Of a stretch of DNA of 64,000 nt, positions 47,705 to 57,057 are shown in pieces. This DNA comes from a bacterium. Its GTDB lineage: Bacteria > Zhuqueibacterota > Zhuqueibacteria > Residuimicrobiales > Oceaniaggregativiventaceae. Position numbers and translations under genes: made by a program. Positions within the stretch are counted from its first letter, which is position 1; the number at the start of each line of letters is the position of its first letter. The notes under the pieces were generated by a model that was not told where the DNA came from, searched no databases, and saw only the letters and a program-made list of their open reading frames with translations. The stretch lies in contig JAKQNP010000046.1 of the NCBI GenBank assembly GCA_029565675.1, positions 107,595-171,594 on the forward strand, written 5' to 3'.

Positions 47705-48625
47705 ATGAAAAAACGATCGATCTTTTTGCTGTTGTTTTTGGGCGGCTCAACCCTCTGGGCAGCTTCGCCAGGAACGGTGGGCTTTTCCTTTTTGCGCACC
47801 CAGGTAGGAGCACGCGCCGCCGGTATGGGCGGAGCGTTGCTGGCCATTCCCGGCGATCTCCACTCGATCTATTACAATCCAGCCGGCCTCATCGGATTGA
47901 AAACGCCGATGGCTGGCGCCACTTATCTCAATCATGTCCTCGACCTAAATTCCGGTTTTATCGGCTATGCTCACCCGCTCGACCGCTGGGGAGTCGTCGG
48001 CTTGAGCGTTCTGTATGCCGATTACGGCAGTTTTAAAAAAACCGACGCCACTGGACAGGAAATCGGCGATTTCGGCGCCAACAGCATTGCTCTTGCCGCC
48101 AGTTATGCCACCGATCCACTGCCCAATTTGGGCGCCGGCCTGAACGTCAAGTTTATCCACTCGGCAATCGACAATTACAACGCCAGCGCTTTGGCCGTCG
48201 ATGGCGGCGTCGTCTACTCTTTTCCCGATCAGGACCTGCACCTCGCCATCGGTTTCTACAACCTCGGCGAAGCGCTCAACGCATTCATTGCCGAAAAGGA
48301 AGAATTGCCGTTTCACTATAAAGTCGGATTTGCCAAAAAATTGGCGCACTTGCCTTTGCTCTTCAGTTTTAATCTCTACAAGTTCGTCCATGAAGATTGG
48401 CACGGCGCTGTCGGCGGTGAATTCCAGCTCAGCGACAGGATGTTCCTGCGCCTTGGCTATGACCATCTGGGCCAGGAAATGCAGGTGGGCACTTCCAAAG
48501 ATCGTTTTGCCGGCGCAGCGATCGGATTTGGTCTGTTGTTCAAACAATTCGCTGTCGACTATTCCTTGACTTCACATGGCGAGATCGGTTTCCTGAATCG
48601 ATTCTCGCTGGTCGGTTCCATCTGA
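47705..48625 (+). CDS. PorV/PorQ-family outer-membrane beta-barrel (T9SS-associated, FadL-like)
   Basis: FL...GARAAGMGGA, SIYYNPAGL, alternating beta-strands, FLRLGY, VDYS..HGEIG..RFSL. Confidence 0.8.
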   Translation: MKKRSIFLLLFLGGSTLWAASPGTVGFSFLRTQVGARAAGMGGALLAIPGDLHSIYYNPAGLIGLKTPMAGATYLNHVLDLNSGFIGYAHPLDRWGVVGLSVLYADYGSFKKTDATGQEIGDFGANSIALAASYATDPLPNLGAGLNVKFIHSAIDNYNASALAVDGGVVYSFPDQDLHLAIGFYNLGEALNAFIAEKEELPFHYKVGFAKKLAHLPLLFSFNLYKFVHEDWHGAVGGEFQLSDRMFLRLGYDHLGQEMQVGTSKDRFAGAAIGFGLLFKQFAVDYSLTSHGEIGFLNRFSLVGSI

Positions 48626-48722
48626 AGCAGATCGAATGCAACCGGCATGACAAGAGATTTGCGGTTGTAAGTGGATTGATTAAAGTATCCGATGTTCAAA
48701 CGGATACAAGGTGGATTTTGCC

Positions 48723-49529
48723 ATGCAACAAGACAAATTGACCGTTCCGGCAATCGTTGAAATGAAACGCAAAGGCGAAAAGATTACCTCTTTAACCGCC
48801 TACGATGCTCTTTTTGCCAAGCTTCTGGATCAAGCCGGGGTCGATGTGATTCTGGTCGGCGATTCTTGCGCGATGGTCTTTCAAGGTGAAGAAACCACTT
48901 TGCCCTTCACCATGGAAGAGGCGATTTACCATTCCCGTGTGGTGCGCCGCGGTGTGCAGCGCGCTCTGCTGGTCGCGGATATGCCCTTCATGTCCTATCA
49001 GGTCAGCACCGCTGAGGCCATGCACAATGCGGGGCTGTTTTTCAAAAAAGCTCTGGTCGATGCGGTGAAAATCGAAGGGGGGAGGCGGGAAGTCGAGACG
49101 ATCGCCAAGATTGTAGCTGCCGGCATGCCGGTAATGGGGCATCTGGGATTGACCCCGCAGTCGATCCGTGCATTTGGCACCTATTCTGTGCAGGCGCGCA
49201 GCGAAGCGGCGGCCAATGACCTTTTGCTCGACGCCCAGGCTCTGCAGGATGCCGGCGTTTTTGCTGTCGTCCTGGAAAAGATCCCGGAAGCGCTGGCGAA
49301 AAAGGTTACCGAAGCGCTCGATATCCCGACGATCGGCATCGGCGCCGGAGTTCACTGCGACGGCCAGGTTCTGGTCGCCCACGACGCCCTGGGGCTGTTT
49401 ACCGATTTTAAACCCAAATTCGTGCGCCGTTATGCTGAATTGGCGGAGACAGTCGTTGCTGCGGTGCAAAATTATTGCCGGGACGTCAAGGCAGCCACTT
49501 TCCCGTCAAGCGATGAAAGCTATCGATAG
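48723..49529 (+). CDS. panB: 3-methyl-2-oxobutanoate hydroxymethyltransferase
   Basis: LTAYDA, ILVGDS, ADMPFMSY, VKIEGG, GHLGLTPQ, IGIGAG, DGQVLV. Confidence 0.98.
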   Translation: MQQDKLTVPAIVEMKRKGEKITSLTAYDALFAKLLDQAGVDVILVGDSCAMVFQGEETTLPFTMEEAIYHSRVVRRGVQRALLVADMPFMSYQVSTAEAMHNAGLFFKKALVDAVKIEGGRREVETIAKIVAAGMPVMGHLGLTPQSIRAFGTYSVQARSEAAANDLLLDAQALQDAGVFAVVLEKIPEALAKKVTEALDIPTIGIGAGVHCDGQVLVAHDALGLFTDFKPKFVRRYAELAETVVAAVQNYCRDVKAATFPSSDESYR

Positions 49530-49540
49530 TTCGGGTCAAT

Positions 49541-50392
49541 ATGATGGTCATCCGTTCTTGCGCCGAAATGAGTGCTCTGGCTGAGCAACAGCGGCTGCAA
49601 GGCAATAAAATCGCTCTGGTGCCGACCATGGGCTATTTGCACGCCGGCCACCTGAGCCTGGTCAAGGTCGCCCGGCAAAAGGCCGACTGGGTTGTCATGT
49701 CCATTTATGTCAATCCCACTCAGTTCGGACCGCAGGAGGATTTCGCTCGCTATCCGCGTGACTTTGATCGCGATCTCCAACTTGCTGAAAGCGTGGGCAC
49801 TGATCTCATTTTTGCCCCGACCGATATCGAGATGTATCCACCGCCGCATCTGACCCAGGTGGTGGTGGACAAGGTGACAGCGGTCTTGTGCGGCGCCTCG
49901 CGACCAACCCATTTCCAGGGCGTCACGACGGTCGTCAGCATGTTGTTCAATATCGTCAAACCACACATCGCGATCTTTGGCCAAAAAGACGCCCAGCAGG
50001 CTGTGGTGATTCGCCGCATGGTCGCTGATCTGCATTATGATATCCAGATCATCGTGTCGCCGATTGTGCGCGAACCGGACGGCCTGGCGATGAGCTCGCG
50101 CAACCGCTATCTCACCGCCACCCAGCGCAAGAATGCGCCCGTTCTTTATCGCGCTCTGCAAAAGGCAAAAGCGAGGATAGAAGGCGGCGAAAACGATCCG
50201 TCCGCCGTACAAGAAGAAATCCGCCGCACCCTCACCTCTGTCGATGAGATGCGGATCGATTATGTGCAAATTGTTGATGGCGAAACCCTGCAGCCGGTTG
50301 AAAAACTCGACAAAGAGCAAAATATCTTGCTCGCTGTCGCTGTTTTTCTCGGCAACACCCGGCTGATCGATAATGCCATCGTCTACACCTGA
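49541..50392 (+). CDS. panC: Pantoate-beta-alanine ligase
   Basis: PTMGYLHAGH, VNPTQF, FGQKDAQQ, GLAMSSRN, RLIDN. Confidence 0.98.
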   Translation: MMVIRSCAEMSALAEQQRLQGNKIALVPTMGYLHAGHLSLVKVARQKADWVVMSIYVNPTQFGPQEDFARYPRDFDRDLQLAESVGTDLIFAPTDIEMYPPPHLTQVVVDKVTAVLCGASRPTHFQGVTTVVSMLFNIVKPHIAIFGQKDAQQAVVIRRMVADLHYDIQIIVSPIVREPDGLAMSSRNRYLTATQRKNAPVLYRALQKAKARIEGGENDPSAVQEEIRRTLTSVDEMRIDYVQIVDGETLQPVEKLDKEQNILLAVAVFLGNTRLIDNAIVYT

Positions 50393-50465
50393 GCAGCAGC
50401 CAGGCTTGCTTGTGCCGCTAACGATCGTCGGCGGATAAAAAAAAGGCGTTTTGTACGAAAAGGTA

Positions 50466-50493
50466 TTGACTTGTAACCATTTTTTGCTAATTT
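50466..50493 (+). promoter_or_regulatory. Putative promoter
   Basis: TTGACT-N16-TAATTT with an extended TG. Confidence 0.5.
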
Positions 50494-50512
50494 CTTGAGT
50501 AATGTTTTTGAC

Positions 50513-50649
50513 CCAGATTTGGTGTTAACCGAATCAAAAAACACTCAATTGATTATTTTTAAAATGTTTATAAAAAGAACATTTTCAGCTTTTGTGTAGT
50601 GCTATCAGATTGATTTTCGGGGAGATCCGGTGCTGCGCACCGAATCCGG
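50513..50649. repeat. Two copies of the dispersed palindrome
   Basis: CCAGATTTGGTGTTAACCGAAT (reverse-orientation near-copy of the 22349 element) and ATCCGGTG-CTGCG-CACCGAATCCGG (50625-50649). Confidence 0.75.
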
Positions 50650-50675
50650 ATTTGATTTATGTAGGAGCTTGAGCA

Positions 50676-51143
50676 ATGAGAAAACTTTGTGTCGTCGTCC
50701 TTGTTTTTTGCTTTCCGTTGCTCGCCTTTGGTCAGCTCAAGACTCTGGCGTCCCCGACACAGTTCCCCAGTCTGTTGCGCAGCACTTTGCAAGCAGGGGA
50801 GGCGGCGATGGGCTTGATCGGCCTGGACCCGGAAAAATTGCAGATGACCCATTCCTATTCGATGTCGGTGTTTTCGGGTGGTGAACAATCGATATCCCAG
50901 GCCCTCTATCTCAATACTCTGGTCTACCAATTCGATGCGCCATTGACGGTAGCGCTGCAATGGGGCCTGGCTCATCAGCCCTTTGCCACTTCTTCTGCAT
51001 TCCCGGCAATGGAAAACGGTCCATTTTTTTCCTATGCCGGATTGTCTTATCAACCGTCACAAAACACTTTGATCGAATTCAAGGTACAGCGATTGCCTTA
51101 TCCTTATTATCGCAACTATTCGCCTTTTTATTTCTCAGAATGA
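50676..51143 (+). CDS. Hypothetical exported protein, possibly a small beta-strand-rich outer-membrane protein
   Basis: AGGAG RBS, signal peptide, alternating strands (HSYSMS, LYLNTLVYQF, LSYQPSQNTLIEFKVQ). Confidence 0.75.
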   Translation: MRKLCVVVLVFCFPLLAFGQLKTLASPTQFPSLLRSTLQAGEAAMGLIGLDPEKLQMTHSYSMSVFSGGEQSISQALYLNTLVYQFDAPLTVALQWGLAHQPFATSSAFPAMENGPFFSYAGLSYQPSQNTLIEFKVQRLPYPYYRNYSPFYFSE

Positions 51144-51237
51144 CTCTGGTTCGGCTGCGGCAGATCGTGCAACTCCATTTTTCGTTTGATTTTGGATTGC
51201 TCTTGAAGAGCAAAATCGATTAACGAAAGGAATTTCG

Positions 51238-51774
51238 GTGAACAGAAGAAGCCCCCAGCGAAAAAAAATGAAAATTGCGCGATCCGCCAAAAAAAGCAGC
51301 CAAAGCGCTCAGGCGAATGGAACCGTGACCAAGATCAAAGAAAAAGTCAACTCGGTGTTGATTTTGCTGCTAATTGTTGTCAATGTGATCTTGATCGCTC
51401 ATCTCGTCCAACGCTTTATCGTCGATTATAGCCCGACGATATCGGCGATCGATCTCGTGAACCAAAAGCGGATCCAGGTGCGGGTTTTAAATGGGTGTGG
51501 TATCAGTGGATTGGCCAATTCTTTTGCTGAATTCCTCAAACGCAACGATTATGATGTGGTGGAAACCGGCAATGCGGAGACCTATGACTATCCCACAACG
51601 CTTTTGATCGATCACAATACCAGAGAACAAAAAGAAATCGAAAAACTCTGCAGAACGCTCGATATCTCGACCAATCTGATCATTAGACTGACGACTGCTG
51701 ATGCAGCTGCAGACGCAACGATCATCATCGGCAGCGACTACGAGTCCTTGCACTCCTACCGTGCCATGAATTAG
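51238..51774 (+). CDS. LytR C-terminal domain (LytR_C) membrane protein
   Basis: TM helix then VRVLNGCGISGLA, VVETGNA, TIIIGSDY. Confidence 0.88.
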   Translation: MNRRSPQRKKMKIARSAKKSSQSAQANGTVTKIKEKVNSVLILLLIVVNVILIAHLVQRFIVDYSPTISAIDLVNQKRIQVRVLNGCGISGLANSFAEFLKRNDYDVVETGNAETYDYPTTLLIDHNTREQKEIEKLCRTLDISTNLIIRLTTADAAADATIIIGSDYESLHSYRAMN

Positions 51775-51840
51775 CGGCGCTGCCGCAAACTGCGGAACCA
51801 TCGTCGGTGCATAACCTATTTTTAACAGAAGCTCATACGC

Positions 51841-53139
51841 ATGTATTGGTTTTTATTTGGGTTATATAATCTGCTATTTATCCCGCTGTTGAACATCGCC
51901 GTCCATTTAGCCGCGCCTTTTTCTGCTAAAATCGCTCAGGGCTTGCAGGATCGCAAAGATCTTTTTCCGCAATTGCAGCAGAATCTTTCTGGATTGGACA
52001 ATAACAAGCCGCGCATCTGGATTCATATCTCATCCATGGGCGAATTTGAACAAGCCAAACCGGTCATTGCCCTGCTGAAAGAACGCCATCCAGACTGGAT
52101 CGTGCTTCTTTCTTTTTTTTCACCGTCGGGCTATCGCCCCGCCCGCAATTACCCTCTGGCCGATCTCATCACCTATCTGCCGCTCGATTCCTACCGCCAT
52201 GCCAGGCGATTTGTTGAGCAGATCAATCCATCGATCGGTCTCGTGATTCGTCACGACATCTGGCTCAACTCTCAGCACATCTTGCACCAGCGTGGCATCC
52301 CTGCTTTGCTGATCGATGCGAGCATTGCCGATATTCGCTTATCGTCTTATCACCGCTGGCGGATCTTTTTTCGCCCTTTTTATCGCCATTTTAACCGGAT
52401 TCTGACGGTTTCGCCGGAAAACAGCCGCCGTTTCGCCGAGTTTCTCGGCAGCGATAAAAAAGTCGCCAGTTGCGGAGATACCCGCTATGATCAGGTCGTG
52501 CTGCGCAGCCAGGAGACTGAACGGATACAAAGTCTGACGCAGCTGAATTGGTTCGAACCGCGCCATTGCCTGATCGCCGGCAGCACCTGGCCCAGCGATG
52601 AACAGCACATCCTGCCCGTCATCGAGCACTGGCTGGCCAGGGATCCCAACAACAGATGTATCATCGCTCCCCACGAAACCACGGCCGAGCACATCGCCGA
52701 TTTGCGGCAATGGGCGGCGAAGACCGATCTCAACGCCGTGCTCTTTTCGGCAGTCGTGCCGGAATCGATGGAGCCGCCACCACGAGTTTTGATCATCGAC
52801 AAGGTCGGTTTGCTGGCCAATCTCTATGCGTTGGCCTCCCTCGCTTTTGTCGGCGGCAGTTTCGGACCAGGCATTCACAGTGTTCTTGAACCGGCAGCGC
52901 ATGGTTGTGTTTTGTTTTGGGGCCCGCGCTACCGCAATTCTGTCGAAGCACAGATGTTTGTGCAGCAGGAATTGGGAGTTAGCGTTGCCAACAGCCGGGC
53001 CGCAATCGATTGGCTTGACGGCAATGTGGATGATTGGCAGCAGCGCCAGGCCCTGGGCAAAAGAATCCGGCAAACGATCACTGAAAATACCGGCGCAAGC
53101 AATTGCATCATCAAAGAAATAGAAAAATTTATAAACTGA
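51841..53139 (+). CDS. waaA: 3-deoxy-D-manno-octulosonic acid transferase
   Basis: IWIHISSMGE, FFSPSGY, YLPLD, GDTRYD, AGSTW, FVGGSF, HSVLEPA. Confidence 0.93.
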   Translation: MYWFLFGLYNLLFIPLLNIAVHLAAPFSAKIAQGLQDRKDLFPQLQQNLSGLDNNKPRIWIHISSMGEFEQAKPVIALLKERHPDWIVLLSFFSPSGYRPARNYPLADLITYLPLDSYRHARRFVEQINPSIGLVIRHDIWLNSQHILHQRGIPALLIDASIADIRLSSYHRWRIFFRPFYRHFNRILTVSPENSRRFAEFLGSDKKVASCGDTRYDQVVLRSQETERIQSLTQLNWFEPRHCLIAGSTWPSDEQHILPVIEHWLARDPNNRCIIAPHETTAEHIADLRQWAAKTDLNAVLFSAVVPESMEPPPRVLIIDKVGLLANLYALASLAFVGGSFGPGIHSVLEPAAHGCVLFWGPRYRNSVEAQMFVQQELGVSVANSRAAIDWLDGNVDDWQQRQALGKRIRQTITENTGASNCIIKEIEKFIN

Positions 53140-53273
53140 TCCACAGGTTTCCGGCAATCGGACACCTGTGAAATGGATTGATAGTCGATTGATCCTCTCC
53201 TGGCAATCTCCGAGTGTTTGTCGATCATTTGATCCCGGTGACAGAACCGCGCAGGTGCAGAAAAGGTTGGAAT

Positions 53274-54317
53274 ATGTTTGATTATCAAACGATCAGCTGG
53301 CAAAACGGCAAAGTGTTGTTGCTCGACCAGCAGCAACTCCCCAACGAATTGGTCGCCCTGGCGATATCGGATTATCGGGGCATCGTCAAATCGATACAGG
53401 AACTCAAGGTGCGCGGCGCGCCGGCGATTGGTCTGGCAGCCGCCTATGGGGTTGTGCTGTCGGTTTGGAACGTCGACGAGTCCGATCGCGCCGGGTTTAT
53501 CGAAAAAGCCAATCAGGCAATCGAGGAGATCAAAAAAACACGTCCGACCGCTAAAAATATGTTCTGGGCTCTTGAGCAGATGCGCCGCGTGCTGAGCAAG
53601 AATCTGAGTCTGCCGCTGCGCGATATCAAACAAGCTTTGTTGCGCGAAGCGCAACGGCTGCAACAGGACGATATCGATCGCTGCCGGCGCATCGGCGCCA
53701 ATGGCGCTGAATTGTTGCCCAACCGCGCCAACGTCCTCACCCATTGCAATGCCGGTGCCTTGGCTACCGGCGGATATGGAACCGCACTCGGCGTGCTGCG
53801 CACTGCTCGCGAACGCGGTAAAAAGGTCTGCGTCTATGCCTGCGAAACACGTCCGCTCTTGCAAGGCGCCCGGTTGACCACATTTGAACTTCTTGAAGAC
53901 GGTTTTGATGTGACCTTGATCACCGACAGCATGGCCGCGTTTGTCATGGCGGAAGCAAAAGTCAATGCTGTGATCGTCGGGGCTGATCGTATCGTCGCCA
54001 ATGGCGATGTAGCCAATAAAATCGGCACCTATGGCCTGGCGGTCCTCGCGCAATACCACAAGATTCCGTTCTACGTCGCTGCACCGCTGTCGACTTTTGA
54101 TCCGGATACCCCTGTCGGCGACCAAATTCCGCTCGAAGAACGTGATGGCGATGAGGTTCGGCGGTGTGGGGGGCAACTGGTCGCTCCTGAGGATGTCGCG
54201 GTCTATAATCCGGCTTTCGATGTAACACCGCATCAACTGATCACCGCCCTGGTGACCGAAAAGGGTGTTCTTTATCCGCCTTTTTCCAAGTCAATTCTTG
54301 AAAAAATAAAATCTTGA
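53274..54317 (+). CDS. mtnA: S-methyl-5-thioribose-1-phosphate isomerase
   Basis: LLDQ..LP, VRGAPAIG, RPTA.N, LTHCNAGALAT, ETRPLLQGARLT, NKIGTY, NPAFDVTP. Confidence 0.96.
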   Translation: MFDYQTISWQNGKVLLLDQQQLPNELVALAISDYRGIVKSIQELKVRGAPAIGLAAAYGVVLSVWNVDESDRAGFIEKANQAIEEIKKTRPTAKNMFWALEQMRRVLSKNLSLPLRDIKQALLREAQRLQQDDIDRCRRIGANGAELLPNRANVLTHCNAGALATGGYGTALGVLRTARERGKKVCVYACETRPLLQGARLTTFELLEDGFDVTLITDSMAAFVMAEAKVNAVIVGADRIVANGDVANKIGTYGLAVLAQYHKIPFYVAAPLSTFDPDTPVGDQIPLEERDGDEVRRCGGQLVAPEDVAVYNPAFDVTPHQLITALVTEKGVLYPPFSKSILEKIKS

Positions 54318-54342
54318 TTCTCTGGGGAAATAATCTTATATT
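54314..54342 (+). promoter_or_regulatory. Putative promoter overlapping the mtnA stop codon
   Basis: TTGATT-N17-TATATT. Confidence 0.55.
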
Positions 54343-54365
54343 TTTGCGCTCAAATCGCTGTTTTA

Positions 54366-54390
54366 CCGGATTCGGGGCGAGTACCGAACC
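54366..54390 (-). repeat. Copy of the dispersed palindrome (reverse orientation)
   Basis: CCGGATTCGG-GGCGAGTA-CCGAACC. Confidence 0.6.
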
Positions 54391-54520
54391 TTTTATAAAA
54401 AATAAGTACGATCTCTCGCTCGTCTGCAGAGCACCGATTTCGCGGCTGAGCAGGCCGGCTCTGCTTTCGAGCGATACTCTCGTTGACCAACCAAATAAAC
54501 TTACCAACAAGGAGTCAGGA

Positions 54521-55618
54521 ATGAAAAGCCGCAGCTTTTTTCGTACCCTGTTGCTGATGGGATTGGCCGCTCTGATCTTGTTTGCCTGCCAGAGCAAAGA
54601 GGTAACCTCAGCGCGAGTGTATATCCAACAGGAAAATTGGGAAAAGGCGATTGAACAGCTGGAAGCCGCAGTGGAAAGCAATCCTGCCGATGCCGAAGCC
54701 ACTTATTTGCTTGGATGGGGTTATGCCGAACGCGGTGATTGGGCTGGCATGAAAGAGATGTTTGACAAATCTCTGGCCGCCGGATCCAAATTTAGCAAAG
54801 AAATCAATATGATTCTCGATCAAAAATGGGTTGAAACCTTTAACAGCGGTGTCAAATTGATCGGTTCTGAAGATCTTGACGGCGCTGCTGCCAAATTTCG
54901 CGAAGCCGTAAATATCGATGTCAAACGGCCTGAAGCGTATGCCAATCTGGCGATCACTTTGATCCGTGCGAACAAGCTCACTGACGCGATCGATGTTTAC
55001 AATCAACTTCTGGCAATCCAACCCGACAATGTCAAAGCGATGAACGAGTTGAGCCGGCTTTATATGCAGGCTGAAAAATACCAGGAAGCAGTGGAGACTG
55101 CCGAAAAAACCCTTGCCATCGAACCAGATAACGCCGATGGCATTTACAACCTGGCTCTGGGATATGACTATCTCGGCGAAAGCGACAAAGCCCGTGCGCA
55201 ATACGAAAAAGCGCTGGCCAATAATCCTGATGATTTCGACCTGACCTTCAATGTGGCCAGAATTTATTTTGTTTCCGGCGACTTCAATAAAGCCATCGAG
55301 CTCTTTCAGCGCGTTATCCAGGCCAATCCCGATGATTATGAATCCAATCTCAATGTGGGAAATGCTTATCTGTCGATGGCCGACGAAATGCGCAAAACTC
55401 TGATTCAGAAAGAACGCGACGGCAAGGAAGTCAGCGAAGATGAGATGAACCAGATGAAAAAGCTCTACGAACAATCGATTCCTTATCTGGAAAAGGCGAT
55501 CGAGAAAAACAGCACCGATGCCAATATCTGGACCAACCTGGGTGTTGCTTATGTGAATATCGGCGATGCCATAAAGGGCAAAGAGTGCTTCGATAAAGCA
55601 GAAGCGCTCAACCCATAA
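54521..55618 (+). CDS. TPR-repeat lipoprotein
   Basis: AAGGAG RBS; lipobox LFAC; multiple TPRs. Confidence 0.9.
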   Translation: MKSRSFFRTLLLMGLAALILFACQSKEVTSARVYIQQENWEKAIEQLEAAVESNPADAEATYLLGWGYAERGDWAGMKEMFDKSLAAGSKFSKEINMILDQKWVETFNSGVKLIGSEDLDGAAAKFREAVNIDVKRPEAYANLAITLIRANKLTDAIDVYNQLLAIQPDNVKAMNELSRLYMQAEKYQEAVETAEKTLAIEPDNADGIYNLALGYDYLGESDKARAQYEKALANNPDDFDLTFNVARIYFVSGDFNKAIELFQRVIQANPDDYESNLNVGNAYLSMADEMRKTLIQKERDGKEVSEDEMNQMKKLYEQSIPYLEKAIEKNSTDANIWTNLGVAYVNIGDAIKGKECFDKAEALNP

Positions 55619-55632
55619 TTAATATCATCTGC

Positions 55633-55695
55633 AGGCCGGATCGATCTGTTTCCTCCCTCCTCGTGGCAAATCCAACGATCATCCGGCCTTTTTTT
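55633..55695 (+). terminator. Rho-independent terminator with a large loop
   Basis: AGGCCGGAT/ATCCGGCCT stem plus GATC/GATC extension, followed by a T-run. Confidence 0.65.
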
Positions 55696-55882
55696 ATGTC
55701 GAATTGCTTTCGCGTCCATGCTACTGGCGGATTTTCGCCTTACCCGTGATTCTCCATTTTTGCAAAGAAGTTGTCATCTTTTGTCGGTTTTTCCCGCCGG
55801 CAAACGGATTCACGTCATGACAAAAGACGCCGTGCGCTTGTGGTTTTGCCTGTCTGCAAAACCGGCGAAAACGACATTTTTC

Positions 55883-55911
55883 TTGCATTTGCGATTTCAA
55901 TCGTATAACTT
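55883..55911 (+). promoter_or_regulatory. Putative promoter for uppS
   Basis: TTGCAT-N17-TAACTT. Confidence 0.5.
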
Positions 55912-56093
55912 TTTAACCTGTTCAGGTTATGGGTGAAAAAAACTTGTTCCGGTTTGCATAAAAGCGGCGCAAGGGAAAATGAGCGGCGGTTCCACAGGGA
56001 AACCCTGTTGCCGGGGAACAGGAGTTGCTGGCAATCGTTACATCTACAGGCGAATCTTTTACGTGTCACATCTGAGAGAATGAGAAGAGATCG

Positions 56094-56873
56094 ATGGCTA
56101 TCGACGAAAAAAGAATCCAATCCATACGCGAAAACGGCCAAATCCCTCGCCATGTGGCAATCATTATGGACGGCAACGGCCGTTGGGCCAAAGCGCGCAA
56201 TCTGACGCGCATCGAAGGTCATCGGGTGGGAATCGAATCGGTGCGCGCGGTTTTGCAGGTAGCTGGACGTCTGGGCATCGAGACCTTGACCCTCTATACC
56301 TTTTCCAAAGAGAACTGGAAAAGACCGAAAAATGAGATCTCGGCGTTGATGGCATTGTTGCTCAAAACTGTGAATGACGAGGTCAATGAGTTGAATGACA
56401 ACAATGTCCGTTTAGGGGTTATCGGCAACATCGACGATTTGCCGACTGCCCCCAGGCTGGGCATCAAAAATACCATCAAGCGTTTGCGCAACAACACCGG
56501 CCTGTATGTCAATCTCGCGTTGAGCTATTCCGGCCGCAACGAAATTGTCCAGGCTGTGCAGTCGCTGGCAGAAAAAGTCAAACAAGGCAAGCTCCAACCC
56601 GGCGATATCGATGAGAAAATGATTTCGCAAGAACTGCAGACCGATCAAATCGGCGATCCCGACCTGCTGATCCGAACCAGCGGCGAGATGCGCATCAGCA
56701 ATTTTCTCCTCTGGCAAATCGCCTATACGGAGATCTACGTTTCGCCCTTGCTTTGGCCCGATTTCCGTGAAGAAGCGTTTTTTGCTGCAATCGAAGATTA
56801 CCAACACCGTGAACGGCGTTTTGGGCGGGTCAGTGAACAGCTCGACAACGTACCCCAACCATCAGGGCAATAA
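56094..56873 (+). CDS. uppS: Undecaprenyl diphosphate synthase
   Basis: HVAIIMDGNGRWA, FSKENWKRP, DLLIRTSGE.RISNFLLWQ, RERRFG. Confidence 0.98.
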   Translation: MAIDEKRIQSIRENGQIPRHVAIIMDGNGRWAKARNLTRIEGHRVGIESVRAVLQVAGRLGIETLTLYTFSKENWKRPKNEISALMALLLKTVNDEVNELNDNNVRLGVIGNIDDLPTAPRLGIKNTIKRLRNNTGLYVNLALSYSGRNEIVQAVQSLAEKVKQGKLQPGDIDEKMISQELQTDQIGDPDLLIRTSGEMRISNFLLWQIAYTEIYVSPLLWPDFREEAFFAAIEDYQHRERRFGRVSEQLDNVPQPSGQ

Positions 56874-57057
56874 CTCTGGTTGATATTCGCAATCGGGTTG
56901 CAGCCAGACGGAACGCTCCTTTTGGACCAATTTTCAGCAACCGGTTACACCTGGGGTCATCGGCCTTTTCACGACAACAGTCAGTCGGCACCCATCGTCA
57001 GACACCCTGCGAATATGGCAAATCAATCCAACCCCTAAACTGGCGGGCTAAGCGGAT

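Noticed and set aside
54314..54520. N-terminal extensions given in the ORF track (here and at 3321-3434, 3796, 22337, 47061, 53214)
   Set aside because: Downstream ATGs have better RBSs and/or match family N-termini; several extensions overlap promoters, palindromes or adjacent genes.
55780..55876. c-di-GMP-I-like riboswitch (GGCAAAC... with nearby hairpins)
   Set aside because: Lacks the GAAA-loop and GACGCAAAG arrangement, and lies upstream of the putative uppS promoter.
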